Origin: a bacterium
Lineage (GTDB): Bacteria; Zhuqueibacterota; Zhuqueibacteria; Oceanimicrobiales; Oceanimicrobiaceae
Reading direction: 5' to 3'
Assembly: GCA_037446635.1 (NCBI GenBank)
Contig: JBBIIG010000002.1
Span: 175,962-239,961, forward strand
Length of the DNA: 64,000 nucleotides
Shown here: piece after piece, positions 10,748-20,583 of the stretch
Layout: each line of letters opens with the position of its first letter
How positions within the stretch are numbered: position 1 is the stretch's first letter
Notes under the pieces: generated by a model
What the model was told of the DNA's origin: nothing
Seen by the model: only the letters and a program-made list of their open reading frames with translations
The model's database searches: none
Program-made: the position numbers and the translations under genes

Positions 10748-11467
10748 TTAAAAATTGAATGACACGCCCAACAGGTACGTGAGCAGATCGGTGCGGGAAC
10801 GCAGCGCGTCAATTTCAACTTCGCCATCCCTGACCGTGATCGAGCCTTCTTTTAAGTAGGTTGCCTCGCCGCCAAATAAATAGCGGATGCGAAAGTCAAT
10901 CAACACTTCACGCAAACGCACGCCGCCGTCCGGCCGCTGCGATTGATACACCCGCAGCATCACGCCGCCGCCGGCGCCGTAACTCAACGCCGCGTCGTCC
11001 TGATTGGTTGAGGAGGCAATCGGTTCGCCGAGAACGTCCTCATCGCGAACGGAGGTTTCCGTGAAAAAATAATTCACTCCGAACAAGCCATCGAGATAGG
11101 GGCGAAACGAGCCGGTCGGACTTTGCAGCCGCGCCAGCAAATGAAAAAGCAAAATGTTGTTCGAGGTTTCGACCTCCACGGTGACATCCGGAATGGTTTC
11201 GCTGAATGGCACCCGGCGGGTTTGGCTGCCATAAATCATATACTGGATTTCGGTGCCGAGCATAATCGGCGAGCTGCCAAAGTGGTAGCCAAAATTGCCG
11301 CCGAGTCCAAAGCCGAGATCTTCGACGTTGTCTTGAAATTCGTTTTGCGGTTGGCCGAGAAGCAAATTCAGGCTGGCTTGCAGATGTTGCCCGCGAGCAG
11401 CCGGGGCGATGACCAGCAGGCCAACGATGCTCAAAACAGCCGACTTGAAAAAGGGTTTCATCTCCAT
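10748..11467 (-). CDS. Outer-membrane beta-barrel protein
   Basis: Signal peptide, alternating beta pattern, RPYLDG, C-terminal Phe (GVSFNF). Confidence 0.65.
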   Translation of the reverse strand: MEMKPFFKSAVLSIVGLLVIAPAARGQHLQASLNLLLGQPQNEFQDNVEDLGFGLGGNFGYHFGSSPIMLGTEIQYMIYGSQTRRVPFSETIPDVTVEVETSNNILLFHLLARLQSPTGSFRPYLDGLFGVNYFFTETSVRDEDVLGEPIASSTNQDDAALSYGAGGGVMLRVYQSQRPDGGVRLREVLIDFRIRYLFGGEATYLKEGSITVRDGEVEIDALRSRTDLLTYLLGVSFNF

Positions 11468-11532
11468 CCCTCCGGCTAAATCTTTTGTTCGACCTTTACT
11501 AACCTTTAAGGTTTAGTAAAGGTAGTAAAAGG

Positions 11533-12201
11533 TTAATTCTTCGGCATGTTTTTTCTTAACTGCTCCAACATCTTCAGCGGGTCTTCCCCTTCGGTGTATT
11601 TGATGTTGATGGGGCGCTGCAATTTTTTCGGATCGGCCGTGTCGCTGATTTTCGTGGCGGTGTAAGTGACCTGCTGGCCCATCATGTTGACTTCGGTTTT
11701 GAGCGGCACCCCATTCCAAATCCAGGTCTTGCTGCCGAGGCTTTTGATTTCCCACACCTCGCAATTTTTGCCCAAGAAGGTTTCCGTGCCGATCTGTTTT
11801 CCGCCCATGTCTTTTAACATCTGCTTGCCGGCGTCCTGCACGTCTTTGCCTTCAAGGTTTTTCATGATGCTGTTTTCTATTTTGGTGCCGGTGTTGGTGT
11901 TGAGATCCACCGTGTAAATCGTGGAACCTTCGAGGTAGGTGGCGTTATTGGTTTTCTGGCTGAAGCTCCCCATCTTGACTTCGGTGTTGGTGAATTTGGC
12001 TTCGCGCGCGCCAAAGTCATCGAAGTAGAGAGTTTCGGTTCCCGACATCATGCTGCCGGTGATTTGATATTCGATCGTGCCGCTTTTTTGATTATAGCGT
12101 TTTAGCTTCGCGGCGGTTTGCAACGCGAGGATTGACCCGCAGAATACGAAGGTGGCGAGCGTTGCGAGGGCTGCTTTTGAAGTAGCGATGCGATTGAACA
12201 T
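11533..12201 (-). CDS. Secreted protein of unknown function (DUF4412-like)
   Basis: Signal peptide and GTETFLGKNCEVW motif, typical of DUF4412/GLPGLI-like folds. Confidence 0.55.
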   Translation of the reverse strand: MFNRIATSKAALATLATFVFCGSILALQTAAKLKRYNQKSGTIEYQITGSMMSGTETLYFDDFGAREAKFTNTEVKMGSFSQKTNNATYLEGSTIYTVDLNTNTGTKIENSIMKNLEGKDVQDAGKQMLKDMGGKQIGTETFLGKNCEVWEIKSLGSKTWIWNGVPLKTEVNMMGQQVTYTATKISDTADPKKLQRPINIKYTEGEDPLKMLEQLRKNMPKN

Positions 12202-12230
12202 GATGCCTCCTGATGAAATTAAGAGTGAGA

Positions 12231-13241
12231 TTAAATGTTTAGCAAAATTTTGCCCGTGCTGTTTCGAGATTCGATGAAGGCGTGCGCTTCGGCGGCTTGC
12301 TCAAACTTAAAGACTCTACCGATGATCGGGCGGATTTGCGTAGCGGTCACAAATTTTCGCAGATTTTCAAAGATAGCGTGTAGCCGCTGCGGCTGCGCGA
12401 GCAGGTAGCCCAGATGGCTTGCCATGACGCCGACAGACTTTTCCGCCATTTTCAGGATATTGGCGCGCGGCAAATCGCGCCAGGTTCGCCAGATCGAAAA
12501 CGGATTCCACCAATTTAAATCCAAACTTGCGAACCCGGCTACCACTAACCGGCCAAACGGATTGAGTGAATTAAAACTTTCTTTGAAAATGTTTCCGCCC
12601 ACCATTTCCAGAACTACATCCACGCCATTGGCCGCCTGCCGCAGTTTTGCGAAAGCATCGCCGTTGCGATAATTGAAGGCATCGGCAGCGCCCAACTTTT
12701 TTACCAGCTCGACTTTTTCATCGCTGCCGGCTAAACCAAAAACTCGGCAGCCGTTTTTCGCGGCCAGTTGAATCGCCGCCGTGCCCACGCCGCCCGCCGC
12801 CGCGGTGACTAACAACGTTTCGTGTTTTTGCAGCCGCGCCAACTCGAACAGCGCCACCCACGCGGTCATGTAATTCACGGCAAACGCCGCATTCTCTTCG
12901 ATGGTGAAATGCGCGAGGGCAGGCAGCGCCTGCTGTTCCGGCACCGCGATTTTTTCGGCGTAGCCGCCAAATTGCGCCCCGACGATCACCCGCTCTCCGA
13001 TGCGCGCGGAGTCAACTCCACTGCCAACTTGTTCGATGACGCCCGCGCCTTCCATTCCCAAAATGTAGGGACGTTTCGGCGCCCAGCCGTAAAGCCCTTT
13101 GCGCGAGAGAATTTCCGCGTAGTTCACGCCGATGCCCTGCAGCCGCACCAGAACTTCGCCGGCGCCGGGAATGGGGTCATTCACTTCCGAAATCCGCAAC
13201 ACCTCTGGCTTGCCGGTTTTGGTGAGGAGGTACGCTTTCAT
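12231..13241 (-). CDS. MDR-family NADPH:quinone oxidoreductase (VAT-1/QOR-like)
   Basis: LGMEGAG, NYMTAW, AAAGGVGTAA, STGKILL. Confidence 0.88.
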   Translation of the reverse strand: MKAYLLTKTGKPEVLRISEVNDPIPGAGEVLVRLQGIGVNYAEILSRKGLYGWAPKRPYILGMEGAGVIEQVGSGVDSARIGERVIVGAQFGGYAEKIAVPEQQALPALAHFTIEENAAFAVNYMTAWVALFELARLQKHETLLVTAAAGGVGTAAIQLAAKNGCRVFGLAGSDEKVELVKKLGAADAFNYRNGDAFAKLRQAANGVDVVLEMVGGNIFKESFNSLNPFGRLVVAGFASLDLNWWNPFSIWRTWRDLPRANILKMAEKSVGVMASHLGYLLAQPQRLHAIFENLRKFVTATQIRPIIGRVFKFEQAAEAHAFIESRNSTGKILLNI

Positions 13242-13660
13242 CGGCGGAACGCTGGAAACTTATTTTGAAACAACCGGGGTAAATCAGCTATCAGCATTTT
13301 GATCGTTGGTTCCTGTACCATCTCACGAGCTTTTTCAGCTGCGACCCACCGACGAGTTCGAAAGCTTGCCTCCGGCCAATTCTCCAGCACTTCTTCAACC
13401 TGCATCAAAAATACCTGCACGTGACAGACACCGCCCCATTTTTCGTATTCGTATTCTCCAACCATTTCGGTGAGAACTTGCCCGCGAATGCCAGCTTCTT
13501 CGTAGGCCTCCTGTGCTGCGGTCTCGACTGCGGTCATCCCGTCATCAATAATTCCTTTCGGAACGATCCAGCGGTGGCCGCCGCGCGCAGTGATGAGCAG
13601 AATTTCCAATTTTCCGTCAACGATGCGAAACGGGATGACGGCGGATTGGGGGTAGGTCAT
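13238..13660 (-). CDS. NUDIX hydrolase
   Basis: WIVPKG and Nudix box G...AAQEAYEEAGI. Confidence 0.88.
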   Translation of the reverse strand: MTYPQSAVIPFRIVDGKLEILLITARGGHRWIVPKGIIDDGMTAVETAAQEAYEEAGIRGQVLTEMVGEYEYEKWGGVCHVQVFLMQVEEVLENWPEASFRTRRWVAAEKAREMVQEPTIKMLIADLPRLFQNKFPAFRR

Positions 13661-13705
13661 TTTGGATATATCAGATTTATTAGTCTGAAAAATAGATTAA
13701 AATGC

Positions 13706-13846
13706 GGATTGCTGGAGTAATGGAGTACTGGATTGCTGGATCAATGAATTGCTGGTTTGATGGTACAATGTAATACCTTGCTCGCCAATGGTCAGTACTC
13801 CAAAACTCCCGTACTCTATTAATCCAAGCTCCATTACTCTAATCCT
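13706..13846. repeat. Octamer-periodic inverted-arm element (TGGA[GT]TAA family), copy 1
   Basis: Left arm GGATTGCT-GGAGTAAT-GGAGTACT-GGATTGCT-GGATCAAT; right arm AGTACTCC...ATTAATCC...ATTACTC. Confidence 0.75.
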
Positions 13847-13875
13847 TCAACACGATTGAAGTTGCCCGCGAAAGC

Positions 13876-14346
13876 TCAAACCAGCACCACGCCTTCGTGC
13901 CGCAGCAGCCACTCCTTGCGCCAAATGCCGCCGCCAAATCCAATCAAGTCGCCGCTGCGGCCGATGACGCGGTGGCAGGGAATGATGATGGGAATGGGGT
14001 TGCGGCCGTTGGCGGCGCCCACCGCGCGCAGGGCTTTGCGGTCGCCTAACGCCTCGGCAATTTCCAAGTAGGAAGTGGTTTTGCCAAAGGGAATCTTCTG
14101 CAGGTGCTGCCACACCCGTTTCTGAAACTCCGTGCCCTTTGGGTTGAGCTTGAGCGAAAATTGCTGGCGGCGGCCCGCGAAGTATTCATCTAACTGCTGG
14201 AAGCAGACGGCAAAATCGGCCGCGGGTGTTTGGGATGGAATTTCGGCGTCGTCCAAAAATTCGAGCGCGGTAATCGTTCCCGCTTCCCCGGTAATTTTTA
14301 GAACCCCGATGGGTGATTTGTAAAAAGCGCGGGGCTGTTTATTCAT
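13876..14346 (-). CDS. ogt: Methylated-DNA--protein-cysteine methyltransferase
   Basis: GTEFQKRVW, RAVGAANGRN and active site PCHRV. ATG at 14346 overlaps the alkA stop (ATGA). Confidence 0.93.
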   Translation of the reverse strand: MNKQPRAFYKSPIGVLKITGEAGTITALEFLDDAEIPSQTPAADFAVCFQQLDEYFAGRRQQFSLKLNPKGTEFQKRVWQHLQKIPFGKTTSYLEIAEALGDRKALRAVGAANGRNPIPIIIPCHRVIGRSGDLIGFGGGIWRKEWLLRHEGVVLV

Positions 14347-15278
14347 AGCAGCGTCCGGTATAAAAAGATGGCCACGTACGCCTGCCACTCGCCCCAGTTT
14401 TTTGCCATTTCACGAACTTCTTCCACCGTGGGTTTTTGCACCATTTTGAGTTGGCGCTGCAGGGCGTTGTGCAAGCCAATGTCTTCAAACGGAAATGCCG
14501 AGCGAAACCCGAGACAGCGCATGAGTACGTAACTGGCCGTCCACGAACCCACGCCGCGGATTTGCAGCAGCGCCTCGCGGGCGGCGCCGATGCTGTTCAA
14601 TTCCAGCAAACGCTGTTTGGAAATGTGGCCGTCCCGCATCAAGCGCGCGAGGTTGATGATGTAATCGGCTTTTTGCCGATTGAGCTGCAAGCGTAGTAAG
14701 TCGGCGGGATTTAAATCAGCAACAACCTCGGGCGTCGGAAAGAGCCAGTAGATTCCGCCATCGAACGTGAAGGCCTCGCCGAAATTTTCCACCAACCGCT
14801 GTTTCAACGTGTAGGCGAACCCAATGTTGATTTGCTGTCCGAGGATGGCCCAGCACAGCGCTTCGAACAAATCGGGAATTTTGATCAGCCGCAGTCCAAA
14901 ATGGTTCGTAGTAAGCTGCTTCAGCAGCGCATCTTTGCGGGCCAAGCGATAGAAGGGCGAAAGGTCAGTATTGAGATCAAGCCAGTCGTTAACAAACTCA
15001 ATGACCGCTGAGCGGGTTGCAGCCCGAACTGCTCGATTCATGAAATTGATTTGCAGAAAGCCGGGCCGGCCGTTTCGCACTTCAAACAAAACCGGCATTC
15101 CGTTCACCTTGATAATTTTTCGAACCCCATCGTTTTGGACGACGTGCATTCTTTCCTTGTCGGAGCGGGCCAAAAATCTCAGGCATTCGTGAAAACTGAA
15201 TTCATGGGGGACGGCAAGCGCGGTTTGTGATATGTGCGGCGTGCGGGTTCGATTCGCAATCTCAGTTTCGCGGAACAT
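14343..15278 (-). CDS. alkA: DNA-3-methyladenine glycosylase II (HhH-GPD family)
   Basis: FEALCWAILGQQI, FPTPE, IRGVGSWTA, FPFEDIGL. Confidence 0.9.
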   Translation of the reverse strand: MFRETEIANRTRTPHISQTALAVPHEFSFHECLRFLARSDKERMHVVQNDGVRKIIKVNGMPVLFEVRNGRPGFLQINFMNRAVRAATRSAVIEFVNDWLDLNTDLSPFYRLARKDALLKQLTTNHFGLRLIKIPDLFEALCWAILGQQINIGFAYTLKQRLVENFGEAFTFDGGIYWLFPTPEVVADLNPADLLRLQLNRQKADYIINLARLMRDGHISKQRLLELNSIGAAREALLQIRGVGSWTASYVLMRCLGFRSAFPFEDIGLHNALQRQLKMVQKPTVEEVREMAKNWGEWQAYVAIFLYRTLL

Positions 15279-15283
15279 GGGTT

Positions 15284-15312
15284 AATGTATAAAATTGATC
15301 CTTTGAAGTCAA
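15284..15312 (-). promoter_or_regulatory. Putative sigma70 promoter for alkA-ogt
   Basis: Minus strand TTGACT-17 nt-TACATT, ending a few nt upstream of the alkA ATG (possibly a leaderless mRNA). Confidence 0.5.
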
Positions 15313-15366
15313 ATTCATTCTTTAGTTGAAAAAGTTCTGCAAAATTGTATATTCAGTTTCAGTCGC

Positions 15367-15521
15367 GGCTGTCCAAAATGCCCATTTGTCGCTGCCGCAT
15401 GTTTTTAGCGGGAGTCTATTCCGCGAAGCGGATCGGCTTAGCCGAAAATTGCTGATTCTATGGATGCCCGCTAAAAGCAGGCGGGCATGACGTTCAACAA
15501 ATACCGACTTTTTGGACAGCC
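15367..15521. mobile_element. MITE-like palindromic element with 12-bp terminal inverted repeats
   Basis: GGCTGTCCAAAA ... TTTTGGACAGCC. Internal GCATGTTTTTAGCGGGA / TGCCCGCTAAAAGCAGGCGGGCATGAC palindrome shared with 16451-16526 and 38028-38147. Confidence 0.6.
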
Positions 15522-15559
15522 CCACCTTTAAGATGCTAACACGAAATCTGATGAAGGAA

Positions 15560-16408
15560 ATGTCTATCGCTCCAACTACTGAACAATGGCGCGCACTCAC
15601 GCCCGTGGAGCGGCTGAATTTTAGAGTGACGAATCGCCTCAATCGCTCTCCAATTCTGCGCCGCCCCATGACGCGCCTTCACGCAACATTTTATAAATGG
15701 TGGGTCGAGTTAGGAACCTCGCGGACTGTTTTGGATCATGGGTTCGAGAATTTCCAGAAAATCGATCCCAGTCGCGGCGTCCTGCTGGTGGTCAACCACC
15801 GCACGTTTTACGATCAGTTTGTGATTGCGGCGCGGCTGTTCCGACTTTATGGCGCGCACCATCATATTTACTTTCCAATACGCTCGAACTTTTTTTATGA
15901 TAACCCGCTCGGCCTTTTCATCAATATCCCGTTTTCGATGGGCGTCATGTATCCGCCCATTGTCCGCGATGCCCGTCGCCGCCACTGGAACCAGTACGCC
16001 ACGGATTTGATGGTGGAACTGCTACGCGATCCGCACAACATGGTTGGGTTTCACCCGGAGGGCACGCGCAATCAGGGTCCGGATCCGTACGAACTGCTGC
16101 CGGCCAAACCGGGCTGCGGCGAGTTGATTTATCGCAGCAATCCTAACGTGGTGCCGGTTTTTTTGCAGGGATTCAAATCGGCGTGGCAGATGTTCCGTGA
16201 GAATCTTGGCAACTCCGTCAATCGCAAACCGCTGGTGCACATGGTGATGGGCGAGCCGTTGAATTTCAGAGACGAGTTGAAATTAGAAGCAAGCAAGAAA
16301 ACTTATCTAAGCATCTCCCGCAAAGTGATGGAGGGCATTGCCGATCTCAGCCAGCGCGAGCGTGAAATCCGCGCGCAGTATGAAAGAAAAAATTTGGACA
16401 CGGATTGA
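15560..16408 (+). CDS. 1-acyl-sn-glycerol-3-phosphate acyltransferase (PlsC family)
   Basis: NHRTFYD (NHxxxxD) and FHPEGTR. Start uncertain (15512, 15551 or 15560). Confidence 0.82.
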   Translation: MSIAPTTEQWRALTPVERLNFRVTNRLNRSPILRRPMTRLHATFYKWWVELGTSRTVLDHGFENFQKIDPSRGVLLVVNHRTFYDQFVIAARLFRLYGAHHHIYFPIRSNFFYDNPLGLFINIPFSMGVMYPPIVRDARRRHWNQYATDLMVELLRDPHNMVGFHPEGTRNQGPDPYELLPAKPGCGELIYRSNPNVVPVFLQGFKSAWQMFRENLGNSVNRKPLVHMVMGEPLNFRDELKLEASKKTYLSISRKVMEGIADLSQREREIRAQYERKNLDTD

Positions 16409-16450
16409 CCCCTGATTAACACGGATTGCTGATTTTCGATTTTTTGGATC

Positions 16451-16526
16451 TGGCATCCTGCATGTTTTTGGCGGGAATCCATTTGCGGTACGGATGGATT
16501 CCCGACGAAAGCATCCGGGCATGATA
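16451..16526. repeat. REP-like palindrome (GCGGGAATCCA...TGGATTCCCG family)
   Basis: GCATGTTTTTGGCGGGAATCCAT...ATGGATTCCCGACGAAAGCAT..GGGCATGA. Confidence 0.65.
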
Positions 16527-16750
16527 TCTTCCTGCCACCCGCCCGACTTTTCAATTGCATTTTCCTCGCTGAGTTGCTATATTTTTCAAAATTTTAATTG
16601 GTGAAAGTGCATGCAAAGTCGCAGAGTGGCCATTTTGAGATTTGAATTTGCAGTGCGGCGTCAATCCAGTTTTTGTTTTTAATTAGGTCGGATCCTTTTT
16701 GCAAAAAATGAGAGATGTTCTCTCGAGTTAAAAGGACAATGGAGGGCGAT

Positions 16751-17203
16751 ATGAAGACTTGTCCCTACTGTTCTAAGAAAATTGATGATGCCGCCACGGC
16801 TTGCGAATATTGCGGCGCAAATCTTGTCAGGCGGTATAGCAAGGGTGGGCTCGTCGCAACAGGTGTTTTGGCTGTGCTAGGTCTGTTCGTTGTAGTAGGT
16901 CCCGGGATTTCTTTTGGCTTTCATGCTGGACATCTCGGGTATGGATTGGCGCTTGTCGCCTTATTCATACGCTCGTTCAGACTTCCGATGCGTTGGTGGC
17001 AGGGTATTCTCATCTGTGCAGGCGGATTTATCATCGGGGCATCATTTGCGCCAGACCCGCCGGGACCACCCTTAACCAAGAGCGAATCTATTTTAATGTT
17101 GCTGCTATCGGTAGGGGCAGGCTTTCTGCTGATATTAATTGGTTTCTGGGGCAGTAGGAGGCAAAGACCAGTGCAATCTGCAGATTCTGTTTTAAACTCA
17201 TAG
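16751..17203 (+). CDS. Small membrane protein with N-terminal zinc ribbon
   Basis: CPYC...CEYCG followed by about 4 TM helices. RBS GGAGGG before the ATG at 16751. Confidence 0.65.
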   Translation: MKTCPYCSKKIDDAATACEYCGANLVRRYSKGGLVATGVLAVLGLFVVVGPGISFGFHAGHLGYGLALVALFIRSFRLPMRWWQGILICAGGFIIGASFAPDPPGPPLTKSESILMLLLSVGAGFLLILIGFWGSRRQRPVQSADSVLNS

Positions 17204-17293
17204 CTCGGAATCAATGCCACTGTTGATTACCGCCTATGTGCCTTGCTCTATGCGCTCTGCGATTCCAATTGAACGAATGTTTGTGAAAGTACC

Positions 17294-18430
17294 ATGAAAG
17301 AAGTTATCGAAGAAGCCCTCCGTTTGATGGAAAAGAATGAGCCGTGTGTGCTGGCAACGGTAGTGCGCACCAAAGGCATGACGCCGCAGAAAGCCGGCGC
17401 CAAGTTGCTCATCCGGCAGGACGGCAGCGGGGTGGGTACGCTCGGCGGCGGCTGCGTGGAAGGCGACATCTGGTTTTACGCCAAGGAGATGCTGCGCGAA
17501 AAGAGCGGCCCGCAATTCCGCGATTATTTTTTGAACGAAGACATCGTCGCCAAAGACGGGCTGGTGTGCGGCGGCACGATGTATTTTTATGTCGAGCCGC
17601 TGTGGCCGAATAGTGAATATTTGTCAGTCGCCAACGAAATTGTCAAAGCTTACGCTGGGGCGGCGCCGATCTCGGTAGCCACGATCGTATTTCATCCAAC
17701 GAACAAGCAGAAAATTGGGACGCGCCTGCTGATTCATGAAGACGGCTCGGCTTCCGGTTCTCTCGGCAATGAAAAATTGCAGGAGCAAGTGGTGAAAGTC
17801 GGCCGCGCCGCGGCCACGTTTGGAAAAAATGAATATGTCGTCGGCGAGGACGGCTCGGAAGTTTATGTGGAAGGATTCACCACGCCGCCGGCGCTGGCGA
17901 TCTTGGGCGGCGGTCACGTAGGACGCGCGGTGTACAATTTAGCCGTGACTCTCGGCTTCCGCATTTACATCGCGGACGACCGGCCGGAATTCTCCAACAA
18001 AGAGCGCTTCCCGATGGCCGAGCAGACCGTGGTCGCGGATTTCGATAAAGCGTTATCGGGGATGCCGATCAATTTCAACACCTTCATTCTCGTGGCCACC
18101 CGCGGCCACCGTTACGATGATCTGGCGACGCTGGCCGCAGTCAACACGCCGGCGCGGTACATTGGTCTGCTCGGCAGCAAACGCAAAAACCTGATGATCT
18201 TCCGCGATCTGCTGAAACAGGGCGTACCCCTTGACCGCATCCAGAAAATCAACGCGCCGGTAGGATTGAACATCGGCGCGCTGACGCCGGAGGAACTGGC
18301 GGTGAGCATCATGGGCGAAATTATTTTGCACCTCCGCGGCGGCGATGGCCGTCCTATGAAAATGACGAGCGAGAATTTGCTGGAGTTGATCGAAAAGGTA
18401 CCGGAGCCCAAGCGGGTGTTGCCGTTTTGA
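17294..18430 (+). CDS. xdhC: XdhC/CoxI family molybdenum-hydroxylase maturation factor
   Basis: GTLGGGCVEG, GLVCGG, GGGHVG, TRGH, YIGLLGSKRK, APVGLNIGALTPEELAVSI. Confidence 0.88.
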   Translation: MKEVIEEALRLMEKNEPCVLATVVRTKGMTPQKAGAKLLIRQDGSGVGTLGGGCVEGDIWFYAKEMLREKSGPQFRDYFLNEDIVAKDGLVCGGTMYFYVEPLWPNSEYLSVANEIVKAYAGAAPISVATIVFHPTNKQKIGTRLLIHEDGSASGSLGNEKLQEQVVKVGRAAATFGKNEYVVGEDGSEVYVEGFTTPPALAILGGGHVGRAVYNLAVTLGFRIYIADDRPEFSNKERFPMAEQTVVADFDKALSGMPINFNTFILVATRGHRYDDLATLAAVNTPARYIGLLGSKRKNLMIFRDLLKQGVPLDRIQKINAPVGLNIGALTPEELAVSIMGEIILHLRGGDGRPMKMTSENLLELIEKVPEPKRVLPF

Positions 18431-18495
18431 AATGATTATTGTCTATTGATTATTGAAAAAATTAGACAATAGACAATAATCAATCATCAATTGTT
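18431..18495. repeat. Heptamer-periodic inverted repeat
   Basis: TGATTATTGTCTATTGATTATTG / CAATAGACAATAATCAATCATCAAT. Confidence 0.65.
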
Positions 18496-18509
18496 TTGAA
18501 CCAGATGAG

Positions 18510-19046
18510 ATGAAAAACCAAAATAAACTTTTTCTAATCCTCATTGTCATTGCTACCTCTGTGGGCTGCGATCAACTGAGTAAAGACATCGCCAAAGAAA
18601 CCCTCAAGTACGCGCCGCCCAAAAGTTATTTGGGTAACACCTTTCGTTTGCAATACGCCGAGAACAGCGGCGCCTTTTTGAGTTTGGGATCGAGATTGTC
18701 GGAAACGACTCGCACTTACCTTTTCACGTTTGTGAGCGGCGGGCTGCTCTTCGGTTTGTTGATCTACTTGCTGGCCAATCGCCAATTTAGCCGCCGGCAG
18801 GTGATGGCGCTGTCGCTAATTTTAGGCGGCGGCTGCGGTAACCTCATCGACCGCATTTTTAACGATGGCCACGTGGTCGATTTCATGAACATGGGCATCG
18901 GTAGTTTGCGTACCGGCATCTTTAACGTGGCCGATGTGTTGATCATGACCGGTATGGGATTGGTAATCCTATTCAGTTATCTCGAACGACCCAAATCCCC
19001 GATTGACAATCTGGATCAAAACGGAGGTGAAAAAAATCCCCGTTGA
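18510..19046 (+). CDS. lspA: Lipoprotein signal peptidase II
   Basis: DQLSK, NSGAF, GNLIDR, VVDF, FNVAD. Confidence 0.93.
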   Translation: MKNQNKLFLILIVIATSVGCDQLSKDIAKETLKYAPPKSYLGNTFRLQYAENSGAFLSLGSRLSETTRTYLFTFVSGGLLFGLLIYLLANRQFSRRQVMALSLILGGGCGNLIDRIFNDGHVVDFMNMGIGSLRTGIFNVADVLIMTGMGLVILFSYLERPKSPIDNLDQNGGEKNPR

Positions 19047-19160
19047 CAAATTTCAGATCTCAAAATAATAACCAATTTCCAAATCCGAAAATTTGGAAAG
19101 GGACTGATGGGGTGTTTGGACATTGGAATTTATTTGTAATTTGGAGTTTGTTTTTTGGGA
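19047..19160. repeat. Heptamer-periodic inverted-arm element
   Basis: CAAATTT/CCAATTT/CCAAATC units versus TTGGAAT/TTGTAAT/TTGGAGT units. Confidence 0.55.
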
Positions 19161-20411
19161 TTTTCTAACTCAAGTTGGAAGAACTACCTGACGGCTCTCG
19201 GTCCTGGCATCGCCATCGCCGCCACGGGCGTCGGCGCCGGTGATTTGGTGGCGGCGGCGGTTTCCGGTTCGCGCTACGGCTTTGCGGTGGTCTGGGCCGC
19301 GGCCGTGGGCGCGATCATTAAATTTGTACTCAATGAAGGTTTAGCGCGCTGGCAGTTGGCCACCGGCGCCACGCTGCTGGAGGGCTGGGTGCAGCGGTTG
19401 GGAAGATGGGCGCAGTATTATTTTATCGTCTATTTAGTTTTGTGGTCGTTCATCGTGGGCGGGGCGCTCATTTCCGCCTGCGGACTGGCGGCGCACGCCA
19501 TCGTGCCCGGGCTGTCGGTCGGCGTTTGGGGAGTGATTCATTCGCTGGTTGGCGCGGCGGTTGTTCTGATTGGCCGCTATCATCATTTTGAAAAAATGAT
19601 GAAGCTCTTCATTGGCGTCATGTTCGTCACCATTTTGGGGTGCGCGATCTGGGTGGGATCGCCGGCGCAAACGGCGACGAAAAGTATTTCCGAGGCGAGC
19701 TTGCCCGCGGGCAGCGCGAGGTTCATCCTTGGCGTGATTGGTGGCGTCGGCGGCAGTTTGACGCTGCTGGCTTACGGCTACTGGATGCGCGAGCGCAACT
19801 GGCAGGGCGGAAGCTGGAAAAACGTCGTGCGGTTCGACTTGTTGGTTTCGTATTTTCTCACCGGCTTGTTCGCGGTGGCGGTGATGATTCTGTCGGCGAG
19901 CATTCTTCACGCCGATGGCGTCGCCGTCAGCGGCAGCCGCGGCGTCATTCAAATGGCGGCGATTTTATCGGGCGTGATTGGCGAGGTAGGCCACTGGGCG
20001 TTTCTGATTGGATTCTGGGGCGCAGTGTTTACGTCGCTGTTGGGCGTGTGGCAGGGCGTACCGTACATGTTTTGCGATTTCATCGGTTTGATGAAACGGC
20101 TGCCGGCGGAGCAGCATCAACAGTTGCTCCACACCCGTTCGATTTGGTACCGCGGCTACCTGCTCTATTTATCCGTGCCGCCGCTGATCTTGCTGCTGAT
20201 GGATCGGCCGTTGGGCGTGATTGTTCTTTACACCGTCGTCGGCGCGCTATTCATGCCGTTTTTGGCAGGCACGCTGCTCTACATGAATTCGCGAAAGGAT
20301 TGGGTTGGGCCGGAATTTCGCAACGGCAGGCTCACAATAACGCTCCTCGTTCTCACGCTGATTCTATTTTTGTATTTGGCTTTTGATGAAATCCGCAGCG
20401 CGCTCCTGTAA
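19155..20411 (+). CDS. Nramp-family (MntH-related) divalent cation transporter
   Basis: LGPGIAIAATGVGAGDL, EGLARWQLATG and about 11 TM helices. Start uncertain. Confidence 0.78.
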   Translation: MGFSNSSWKNYLTALGPGIAIAATGVGAGDLVAAAVSGSRYGFAVVWAAAVGAIIKFVLNEGLARWQLATGATLLEGWVQRLGRWAQYYFIVYLVLWSFIVGGALISACGLAAHAIVPGLSVGVWGVIHSLVGAAVVLIGRYHHFEKMMKLFIGVMFVTILGCAIWVGSPAQTATKSISEASLPAGSARFILGVIGGVGGSLTLLAYGYWMRERNWQGGSWKNVVRFDLLVSYFLTGLFAVAVMILSASILHADGVAVSGSRGVIQMAAILSGVIGEVGHWAFLIGFWGAVFTSLLGVWQGVPYMFCDFIGLMKRLPAEQHQQLLHTRSIWYRGYLLYLSVPPLILLLMDRPLGVIVLYTVVGALFMPFLAGTLLYMNSRKDWVGPEFRNGRLTITLLVLTLILFLYLAFDEIRSALL

Positions 20412-20583
20412 GATAATCCTCCCAGTCGTTAAACCAGTCAAAAAATTTCTGCGGATTTAAATGGCTTTCGTCTCGATGATTACGGTCAATCACTTCAAAC
20501 TTCCAAAAAATATTTTCATAATGGTGGATTTTTCCTTATATTGCTGCGCTTGAAAAATCGCAAATCAAAGGAGCGATAAACCT

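Noticed and set aside
17294..18430. xdhC plus selD as a selenium-dependent molybdenum hydroxylase system
   Set aside because: The genes are 17 kb apart, no yqeB/yqeC or hydroxylase subunits are in the window, and selB already explains selD.
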